From contig JAJDCM010000382.1 of assembly GCA_029260825.1 (NCBI GenBank), positions 1,221 through 65,220 on the forward strand: a stretch of 64,000 nucleotides of DNA, written 5' to 3'. Made by a program: the position numbers and the translations under genes. Of the stretch, positions 1 through 7,084 are shown in pieces. Numbering within the stretch: the first letter of the stretch is position 1; the number at the start of each line of letters is the position of its first letter. Below the pieces are notes generated by a model. The model was not told the origin of the DNA. It saw only the letters and a list, made by a program, of their open reading frames with translations, and did not search any database. The stretch comes from Planctomycetota bacterium. Lineage in GTDB: Bacteria; Planctomycetota; JACOTG01; JAJDCM01.

Positions 1-487
1 GCTCGAGAAAAGCGTTGTGAGAGGGTAGATCCTTGGAGTCAAAAGCATCGACGCTCGGGGTGTCGATTCCGATGAGTCGCACACCCTTCTCGTGAAGAAA
101 GTGAACCGTTTCCGGAGAAAGGCCGGAAAAATCCCGGTTGAAATCGGTGGGATCGGGAAAGGTTTCGCTTCGGAAGAGAACACGAGATTCGGTGATCGGA
201 CAGGTGATGAGTTCCGGAGCAATTCTCTCCCCCCGGGTTGCCTGGACTTTCACAACCTGACACGGTCCGAGATAGATCTCAAGATCCGCCTTCTCGATTC
301 CGGGGGCATGGGGTCCGTAATGATTGGGGCCGTCGGCGTGAGCACCGAGGTGGACGGTGGAATGAATTGTAGACAGGGTTACCGTGTCGCCCTTTTTGAG
401 GTCAAGCAGCACCTCTCGCTGAGGAGGAGTATCCCCCGGCCAAACCTGCAAGCCAGGGGCGATGGCGGGCGTAATGTCGTAGATCAT
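1..487 (-). CDS. kynB: Kynurenine formamidase (cyclase-family arylformamidase), 3' end runs off the window
   Basis: Minus-strand translation from ATG at 487-485 gives MTMIYDITPAIAPGLQVWPGDTPP...STVHLGAHADGPNHYG, the HxGTHxDxPxH cyclase/kynurenine-formamidase signature. No stop before coordinate 1, so it is absent from the ORF track. It lies directly downstream of kynA on the same strand. Confidence 0.7.
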   Translation of the reverse strand, partial: MIYDITPAIAPGLQVWPGDTPPQREVLLDLKKGDTVTLSTIHSTVHLGAHADGPNHYGPHAPGIEKADLEIYLGPCQVVKVQATRGERIAPELITCPITESRVLFRSETFPDPTDFNRDFSGLSPETVHFLHEKGVRLIGIDTPSVDAFDSKDLPSHNAFLE

Positions 488-534
488 GGTCAATCATCCT
501 GAACAAGTGATCCCAGGAGGATCACAGGATCGGC

Positions 535-1317
535 TCAGAGCCGGTGGCGAATCGCCCACAGATCAGGGAACACCGGGTGAAACAACGACTTTTTGAGGAA
601 TTTGACCCCCAAGGTTCCGGCAGTTCCTTGCTTGCTTCCGATGGTACGCTCCACCAGCTTGACGTGGCGGTAGCGCCATTCCTGAAGCCCTTCGTCCACG
701 TCCGTCATGGCCTCGATGAGGTAGGTCATTTCCGGAACGTCACGATAGAGCTGAAGAACACAGTCTTGAATCGTGGTATTCGGGACCGTCGGAAGAGTGA
801 TGTCCTTTTCCCGAAGTTCGGCCGGTATGGGAGCACCTCGTTTTTCCAGAAGGTCGTAGAAATGATCGACCACCGATTTTTCTGCCAATCGTTTCTCGAC
901 TTTCGCGTAGCCCGGCGTGCCACTCTGAAGCAGACGCAGGGTGTCCGGTCGCTTGTAGCCAAGAACACACTCGATCTCTCGAAACTGCGCAGACTGAAGA
1001 CCGGAGGCCGTGTCCAAGCGCACCCGAAAACTCGTGAAGTGCATCGGCGTCATTGTCTCCAGGATGTCGACCTGAGAGACAAGTGTCTTCAGGACCATGC
1101 GGACTCTCTTCCACGTGGCAATCGAGCCGAAGAGATCATTGTCAGAGAAGTCGGTCTTGATCTTGTCGATCTCATGAAGAAGCAATTTGAACCACACTTC
1201 ATAGGCCTGATGGATGACGATGAACAGCATTTCATCGTGTTCCGGGGGATCGGATTGTGCTTCCTGCAGGCCAAGGAGTGTCTCAAGCTTCAAGTAGTCG
1301 GGGTAGGTAAGAGTCAT
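535..1317 (-). CDS. kynA: Tryptophan 2,3-dioxygenase
   Basis: 260-aa ORF with the TDO-family N-terminus (YPDYLKLETLLGLQ...IHQAYEVWFKLLLHE). It is 9 nt downstream of kynU on the same strand. Confidence 0.85.
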   Translation of the reverse strand: MTLTYPDYLKLETLLGLQEAQSDPPEHDEMLFIVIHQAYEVWFKLLLHEIDKIKTDFSDNDLFGSIATWKRVRMVLKTLVSQVDILETMTPMHFTSFRVRLDTASGLQSAQFREIECVLGYKRPDTLRLLQSGTPGYAKVEKRLAEKSVVDHFYDLLEKRGAPIPAELREKDITLPTVPNTTIQDCVLQLYRDVPEMTYLIEAMTDVDEGLQEWRYRHVKLVERTIGSKQGTAGTLGVKFLKKSLFHPVFPDLWAIRHRL

Positions 1318-1326
1318 TATTTGCTC

Positions 1327-2616
1327 TCAGGAAATTCGGTGAGAAAGAGCCATCGCGAACTCCCAGACATCCTGGAAAGTATTGTACAGAGGGACGGGAG
1401 CGGCTCGAATGACGTTCGGGGGTCGAAAATCACAAGTGATTCCCGCCTGGCCAAGCGCGGCAAGACGCATTTTTGGATCGTCGTTCACAAGAAGAGAAAG
1501 CTGACATCCACGTTCGCTCGGTTGATCCGGAGAGACAATCGAAACCACGCCGTCTCCGAGTTCCTTCAGGAGAAACTCAAGATATCCGGTCAACAGTTCG
1601 GACTTTCTTCGCAAGGCCTCCATCCCGACCTCATCAAAAATTCGAAGAGAGGAAAGGAGTGGGGCCATGGAAAAGATCGAAGGATTCGAGATCTGCCAGC
1701 CATCGGCTCCAGCGCGGGGTATGAAATCGGCGACCTCATCCATCTGAAATCGGGTCTCCGGATCGTTTCCCCACCATCCTGCAAATCGAGGAAGATCGAG
1801 ATTGTGGCCATGACGTTCATGAACGAAACAACCGCCCACCGCTCCCGGTCCGGAATTCAGATATTTGTAATTACACCAGGCGGCGAAGTCGACGTTCCAG
1901 CGATGAAGTTCGAGAGGAACGTTGCCTGCCGTATGAGCCAGGTCCCAGCCGACCGTGCATCCTTTTGCCTGAGCAAGCTGGGTGATGCGCTCGATGTCAA
2001 AAAGCTGGCCGGTCAGGTATTGAACTCCGCTCAGAAGGACGAGCGCAATCCGCTCTCCTTCGTTCTCAAGGATCTCTTCAATGGTGGCAAGAGGAATGGT
2101 TGATTGACCGCTCGGCGGCCGGGCAATCAGCAAGGCCGCTTTGGGGTCAAGACCATGGTGAATCAACTGAGTCGACGTCGCATAGCCGTCGGACGGGAAG
2201 GCACGGTCTTCGATCAGGATCTTGTATCGTTTCTTGGTGGGGCGGAAGAAGGACACCATCATCAGGTGCAAGTTCACCGTCAGGCTGTTCATCATGACCA
2301 CTTCACCGGGAAGGCCGCCCACGAGACGAGCCCCCATCTCGCGGAAACATTCATGATAAGAGAACCAATCGGGGTCGGCTTCGAAATGCCCCTCAACTCC
2401 CAGCTTTGCCCAGTCGGAAAGAAGCCGCTCCATCTGGGGGCCGACGGCCTTGGGTTGAAGGCCCAGTGAGTTCCCGCAGAGATAGACGGACGGGGTGCCT
2501 CCTTCCCGCTGTGGGATATGGAATTGATCCCGCATCGAAGCGAGCGGGTCGTTCGCGTCGAGCTGCTCGGCGCAGCTTCGGTTGACGTCGAATGGTGAGG
2601 TCGATGTTGAGCCCAT
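1327..2616 (-). CDS. kynU: Kynureninase (PLP-dependent)
   Basis: 429-aa ORF with kynureninase-family conservation (VYLCGNSLGLQPK, YKYLNSGPGAVGG). It lies 5 nt downstream of the ACMSD gene. Confidence 0.85.
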   Translation of the reverse strand: MGSTSTSPFDVNRSCAEQLDANDPLASMRDQFHIPQREGGTPSVYLCGNSLGLQPKAVGPQMERLLSDWAKLGVEGHFEADPDWFSYHECFREMGARLVGGLPGEVVMMNSLTVNLHLMMVSFFRPTKKRYKILIEDRAFPSDGYATSTQLIHHGLDPKAALLIARPPSGQSTIPLATIEEILENEGERIALVLLSGVQYLTGQLFDIERITQLAQAKGCTVGWDLAHTAGNVPLELHRWNVDFAAWCNYKYLNSGPGAVGGCFVHERHGHNLDLPRFAGWWGNDPETRFQMDEVADFIPRAGADGWQISNPSIFSMAPLLSSLRIFDEVGMEALRRKSELLTGYLEFLLKELGDGVVSIVSPDQPSERGCQLSLLVNDDPKMRLAALGQAGITCDFRPPNVIRAAPVPLYNTFQDVWEFAMALSHRIS

Positions 2617-2621
2617 CTCGG

Positions 2622-3644
2622 TCAGTTTGACTCCCCGAAGACGTCTTTTTCTTTCAGTCCCAAGAACTCCAGAGGAGTCTTCACCAGCATCTGGTGCTTT
2701 ACTTCGTCCCCGATGTCGGAAAGAGAATCAACCAGCTTTCCAGGTTCCGCTTCCCCCAAAGGAAAAGGATAGTCGGATCCAAGGGCGATGCGCTCGGGCC
2801 CGATGAGGTCGATGAGCCCTCGAAGAGCAAATGGATCGTAAACCGCAGTATCCACGTAGAATTTACCGATGTAACTCCTGGGACTCTTGTCGTTGTCAAC
2901 GGCACACAAGTCGGGGCGAGCGTTGAAGCCGTGTTCGATTCGTCCAATTGTCCAGGGGAATGAGCCCCCGCCATGAACGAACAGAAGCTTGAGTTTCGGC
3001 AGGCGTTCGAGAACACCACCAAAGATCATCGAGCTCAGGGCCAGGGCGGTTTCCGTGGGCATTCCCACCAGCCAGGGAAGCCAGTACTTCTTCATGCGAT
3101 CCTTGGCCAACATGTCCCAGGGATGAACCATGATGGCAGCGCCAAGCTCTTCGGCACGGGCAAAGACAGGGAAGAGCTCTTCCGCATCAAGGTTCCAATC
3201 GTTGACGTGGCTTCCGATCTGGACGCCGCACATGTTGAGCTCGCTCATACATCGTTCGAGCTCTTTGATGGCAAGGTCCGGAGCCTGCATGGGAAGGGTC
3301 GCGAGTCCTCCAAAACGTCGGGGACGATCCTTGACGATCTCGGCGATGTGATCGTTGAGAAGCCTCGAGAGATCGTGACAATCATCGTGCTTGGCCCAGT
3401 AGCCAAACATCACCGGCACCGTGGAGAGGACCTGGTACTGAACCCCGAGCTGATCACATTCTTCTTCTCGTTTCGCCGGGCTCCAGCAGTTCTCCTTGAT
3501 CTCACGAAAAAAGGTATCGTCCACCATCATTCGAGCGAATCCAGGTCGGTGGTGCTCGAGTCGGACAAATCCGCCGTAACCATACCGATCTCGAAGATCG
3601 GGCCAGGTTTCAGGCAGAATATGAGTGTGTAGATCGACCTTCAG
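2622..3644 (-). CDS. 2-amino-3-carboxymuconate-6-semialdehyde decarboxylase (amidohydrolase-2 family), probable CUG start
   Basis: The track ORF 2622..3530 aligns along its whole length to ACMSD (VRENCW, TLPMQAP, KYWLPWLVGMP, HGGG.FP.T.GRI.HGF). The in-frame sequence upstream of the first AUG encodes (L)KVDLHTHILPETWPDLRDRYGYGGFVRLEHH, which is the metal-binding HxH N-terminus of ACMSD. No AUG, GUG or UUG lies in frame back to the upstream TAG. A CTG at 3644-3642 sits 7 nt after a GGAGG Shine-Dalgarno. Confidence 0.75.
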   Translation of the reverse strand: MKVDLHTHILPETWPDLRDRYGYGGFVRLEHHRPGFARMMVDDTFFREIKENCWSPAKREEECDQLGVQYQVLSTVPVMFGYWAKHDDCHDLSRLLNDHIAEIVKDRPRRFGGLATLPMQAPDLAIKELERCMSELNMCGVQIGSHVNDWNLDAEELFPVFARAEELGAAIMVHPWDMLAKDRMKKYWLPWLVGMPTETALALSSMIFGGVLERLPKLKLLFVHGGGSFPWTIGRIEHGFNARPDLCAVDNDKSPRSYIGKFYVDTAVYDPFALRGLIDLIGPERIALGSDYPFPLGEAEPGKLVDSLSDIGDEVKHQMLVKTPLEFLGLKEKDVFGESN

Positions 3645-3770
3645 GGCAGGACCTCCATCTTGCGTCGCTGGAATCGGATGAATTTTCCGTACCCTAGCAA
3701 AACACCATCTGGACTGCCAGCTCCCATCCCCCTCGATCAGAGCCGAGGGGGCCGACCTGAGGCGGGGAAC

Positions 3771-3998
3771 CTACTGGGTCGCCCCGAGTGCATCCAGGAT
3801 CTCTTGATCCTCCGGAAAACGATCGTCTTGCTCGTGCTTGCTGAAGACCATCTTGCCGTCTCGTTTGACGTCGAAAATGCCGCCACTACCTTCGATGAGC
3901 TCGGACTCGATTCCCAGTTTTCCCTTCAGGAATGCCGCCAGACTGGCGGCTTTTGGGTGATAGTCTCATTGAACGCAGTACGTGATTGAAACGTGCAT
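3771..3998 (-). CDS. SelW-like (Rdx family) selenoprotein with in-frame UGA (Sec) at codon 11
   Basis: AAGGAGG lies 7 nt before the ATG at 3998. Translation is MHVSITYCVQ-U-DYHPKAASLAAFLKGKLGIESELIEGSGGIFDVKRDGKMVFSKHEQDDRFPEDQEILDALGATQ, stop TAG at 3773-3771. It has the CxxU redox motif and the GGxF..DG...F SelW fold pattern. The TGA is at 3968-3966, and a perfect hairpin GCCGCCA-GAC-TGGCGGC begins 16 nt downstream of it. Not in the ORF track because of the TGA. Confidence 0.7.
3934..3950 (-). other. SECIS-like stem-loop (7-bp GC stem, 3-nt loop) 16 nt 3' of the in-frame UGA of the SelW-like gene
   Basis: Plus-strand sequence is gccgcca gac tggcggc. This is the position expected for a bacterial SECIS, inside the coding sequence immediately after the Sec codon. 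Confidence 0.5.
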
Positions 3999-4036
3999 CT
4001 TGAGTCCTCCTTTTGGCTTTCCATGTTGAAGTTTCT

Positions 4037-5614
4037 TCAGTTCTTCGGGTTTCCGGATTCAGGTTGGTTCGAATACAGATAGCCGAGTTCTTTCAATCGT
4101 TGAATCGCGCTTTCGCTCAGAGTTCCGGAGTCGCCGTCGAAATCATCCGGTTTGCCATGGGCACTCCGACGGATTTGAAAACTCTCCCAGTCCTTGCGAA
4201 GTCGACTGTTGAATTCAACCAGATCGGGAAACCTACTTTCCTTGATTGAGGATTGGTTCTGACTTTCCTGGGGATCCTTCTTCAGGTCGAATAACTGGTC
4301 GATTCGACCGAGATTTCCCTCCGGATCGACCTTCGAGAGGTCCTCAAGCCAGCCCTCCATATCTTCCCCGACTTGAGGGAAGTGAAGGATGTACTTCCAA
4401 TCCCTACTGACCAGGGCGTACTGCTTTCGTATCCCGCCTTCGAGGTAATAGACCGGATCATTCTCCTCCTTGCTTTCATCTCCTCGAACCAGGTTCACGA
4501 GACTGTTTCCGTGAAAACCACGTTCGGAAGGAAGGCCGGCAAGCTCGAGTAAGGTGGGAGCAACATCGACCAGGTTGACCGGTCTCTTGATGACCTTTCC
4601 AGCCGGGAGTTTCTGGGGATAGCTGAGAATCATGGGGATGCGCATCACTTGTTCGTAGAGAACCCCGTGGCCAAAGAAATCATGTTCACCAAGACTTTCC
4701 CCATGGTCGGAAGTGATCAACACGACGCATTCTTCAAGGAACCCTTCACGGTCCAGCCGCCGAAAGAACCGTTCAAGTTCCTGGTCGACGAACCCGACTC
4801 CTCCATCATACTGGGCGTCCAGAAAACCGGTGGGATTCTCCGGATCTTCCCGATCTTTGGCCACGAGATGGGCAGAGATCACTCCGAACTGATCGGTTCC
4901 TTCCCGGACTTCATAGCGTCGATCCTTCTTCCCCTCATAGATAGCATCCCCTACGAATTTTTGATCAAAAGGAGAAGGAGGGGCAAAAGGACCGTGAACA
5001 TCGAAACAATGAAGAAAGAGGAAGAACGGATCGTCACCGTCCCGCTCGGTCAGCCAGTCAAGAGAACGATTCGCGACCTGTCGGATGCCGCCGTCCGAGT
5101 CGACCTTGTCGTTCATGCCCGCCTCCGGGTCAAACTTCATGAAGCCCTGATGAAAGCCAAGCTGAGGTACGAGCCACGGAGTATCAACGAACGCTGCCGT
5201 GTCGTATCCCGCTTCGAGAAACCGCTCGGCAAGAGTCGTCTCCGCGGCATCAAGGAGCCAGTGGTGAAAGCTCTGGGGGTTTTCGACGGTGACCTCTTCA
5301 ACGGGCCTTCGGTACAACGCTGGATAGTTACCGGTGAGCATCGACATATGGGCGGGGACGGTCCATGGCGCCGAAGTGTAGGCCCGATCGAACCGGACTC
5401 CATCGCGGGCAAGTCGATCCAGGAAAGGGGAGGTAGCTCGAGGATGCCCGTAGCTTCCCAACCGATCTGCCCGAAGAGTGTCGATCGAGATGAGGATCAC
5501 CGAAGTTCGCTTGGGCGTCGGATCCGCACCACACGAAGAAAGAAGGAGCAAGGACACGATCCCCATGAAGACAGGAAAAGGAGCCCTTGGGCTGGGGGAG
5601 TCGGTTCCGTCCAT
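4037..5614 (-). CDS. Sulfatase-family (alkaline-phosphatase superfamily, LtaS/phosphotransferase-like) lipoprotein
   Basis: 525-aa ORF with a signal peptide and lipobox (LLLSSCG). It has the sulfatase-fold N-terminus (ILISIDTLRADRLGSYG...AYTSAPWTVPAHMSMLTG), but the CxPxR formylglycine motif reads T-V-P-A-H. A Thr nucleophile is typical of LtaS, EptA and OpgB-type enzymes rather than true sulfatases. Confidence 0.75.
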   Translation of the reverse strand: MDGTDSPSPRAPFPVFMGIVSLLLLSSCGADPTPKRTSVILISIDTLRADRLGSYGHPRATSPFLDRLARDGVRFDRAYTSAPWTVPAHMSMLTGNYPALYRRPVEEVTVENPQSFHHWLLDAAETTLAERFLEAGYDTAAFVDTPWLVPQLGFHQGFMKFDPEAGMNDKVDSDGGIRQVANRSLDWLTERDGDDPFFLFLHCFDVHGPFAPPSPFDQKFVGDAIYEGKKDRRYEVREGTDQFGVISAHLVAKDREDPENPTGFLDAQYDGGVGFVDQELERFFRRLDREGFLEECVVLITSDHGESLGEHDFFGHGVLYEQVMRIPMILSYPQKLPAGKVIKRPVNLVDVAPTLLELAGLPSERGFHGNSLVNLVRGDESKEENDPVYYLEGGIRKQYALVSRDWKYILHFPQVGEDMEGWLEDLSKVDPEGNLGRIDQLFDLKKDPQESQNQSSIKESRFPDLVEFNSRLRKDWESFQIRRSAHGKPDDFDGDSGTLSESAIQRLKELGYLYSNQPESGNPKN

Positions 5615-5671
5615 TTCTTCCTTAGCAACCTTTGAAGATAGAAGACTTGAGCCCGATCCGGCGCAGATGAC

Positions 5672-6577
5672 TCATGAGTTCGTCGTCACTCGGGCACGAA
5701 GACTTTGGAGTCGAAAGGATCTGAGGCTCGCCAGGGTGCCAAAGCCGGCTCCCAGCAGACCAATGCCGGCTCCACCAAAAGAGCCGACCCAGGTCATTAT
5801 CTTAGGAGAAATGATGCCGTGCGCAACCTCGAGTTGAACGGCGGCCATGCCAAGAAGAAAGATGGCCATGAGAAGCTGGAGGAAATACACGCCTCGAACC
5901 CTGAAAAGCCGATGTCGCTCCATCTCACGAGCGAGCTCCTCCCCGGCCGGCCCGGACTCCGGGAGGGCTTGAGGCGCCAGGACTTCTCGACGGACCCAGA
6001 ACATCGAAATCAGCAAGGTGACGAGTCCGCAGCCCTCGAAAAGGAAAGCGTTCAGCACCCAGTTTCCCGCAGTTTCCGAGGTGACGGTGACCATCCTCCA
6101 GATGAAAAGAGAAAGGGCCAGGACAGCGAGGAGCGGGAAGAGGACTCGGGACCACCCGGGGAGGTCCTTCGCGACAGACCGCCTGGTGAGGCTTGCCGTT
6201 CGAACCGAGCCGGTCGGGGTCACGGGCTCGATTCCCTTCTTCGACCGAGAAGCTCTCTCGTGCTTGCGGATGAGCACAAAGGAAAAGGGCCACCAGATCC
6301 CGTGAAACACGAGAAGCTGGGAAGCATTGAGGATCGATTTTCTGTCTCCTGCTTGGATCGCCTCGGCGTCGAGAATCATCCAAACAAGGAAGGCTACTCC
6401 GGCGAGCCCGGTTGCCAGGAACAGCCGGGTTCGATCGGGTGCAATGCACTGTTCCACTTCATCGCGAACCTCTCTTTTCAGGTTGCGACGGGCCCTACTT
6501 AGATAGAAAACCGGTACCAGGCTCACACCAAGAAGAATTCCAAATTGAATCATCGAGTGAATAAGAATGGGGCTCAT
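5672..6577 (-). CDS. Polytopic membrane protein of unknown function, 4-nt overlap with the upstream GntR regulator gene
   Basis: 301 aa with several hydrophobic segments. ATGA start/stop overlap with the GntR gene at 6574-6577. The plus-strand alternative 5705..6502 is low-complexity and charged. Confidence 0.6.
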   Translation of the reverse strand: MSPILIHSMIQFGILLGVSLVPVFYLSRARRNLKREVRDEVEQCIAPDRTRLFLATGLAGVAFLVWMILDAEAIQAGDRKSILNASQLLVFHGIWWPFSFVLIRKHERASRSKKGIEPVTPTGSVRTASLTRRSVAKDLPGWSRVLFPLLAVLALSLFIWRMVTVTSETAGNWVLNAFLFEGCGLVTLLISMFWVRREVLAPQALPESGPAGEELAREMERHRLFRVRGVYFLQLLMAIFLLGMAAVQLEVAHGIISPKIMTWVGSFGGAGIGLLGAGFGTLASLRSFRLQSLRARVTTNS

Positions 6578-6963
6578 GCCTGGATCTCCTTTGCCCAGCG
6601 ATCGATTTCTTTTGTGAGTAGCTTCTTCACCTCTGGAAACGGAAGCCCGGAAAGTCGCGCTTCGGTAAGAATCTCCCGAAGCTTTGCCTGGATCCGGCCT
6701 CGAGTCGATTCCCCCTCCCCTGAGGGGCCATCCGTCGCCACCGTCACGCCCTTTCCACGTCCCACCTGAAGTAGCCCCTCGTCCCGAAGCTTCCGGTAGG
6801 CTCGGGCCACGGTGTTGAAGTGGATTCCAAGATCCCCGGCGAGCTGCCGGACCGAAGGGAGAGAATCTCCCGGGCCGAGCTCTCCTCGAGCAATGGTCTC
6901 CCGAATGCCCCGTCGGATTTGCTCCTCAAGGGGGATCGAACTTTCAAGGTCAACGGTGAGCAT
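6574..6963 (-). CDS. GntR-family (YtrA-like short) transcriptional regulator
   Basis: 129 aa with a winged HTH (LPSVRQLAGDLGIHFNTVARAYRKLRDEGLL) and a short C-terminal effector region. Confidence 0.8.
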   Translation of the reverse strand: MLTVDLESSIPLEEQIRRGIRETIARGELGPGDSLPSVRQLAGDLGIHFNTVARAYRKLRDEGLLQVGRGKGVTVATDGPSGEGESTRGRIQAKLREILTEARLSGLPFPEVKKLLTKEIDRWAKEIQA

Positions 6964-7084
6964 GGTTACGCTGTATCATCTATTGGTACAGTACGTCAAG
7001 CAGCTTGGAAGGTTCAAAAATCGGGCCAAAATCGGCGGCGGGAGCGTATTGACGAATCCGGGGGAAAGAGAAAACAATAGACCC

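Noticed and set aside
544-2103. 519-aa plus-strand ORF
   Set aside because: Antisense to kynA and kynU, both strongly supported. Arg/Gly-rich shadow ORF.
3660-3989. 109-aa plus-strand ORF
   Set aside because: It lies opposite the SelW-like selenoprotein gene, which has an RBS, a family motif and a SECIS hairpin. The plus-strand product has no features.
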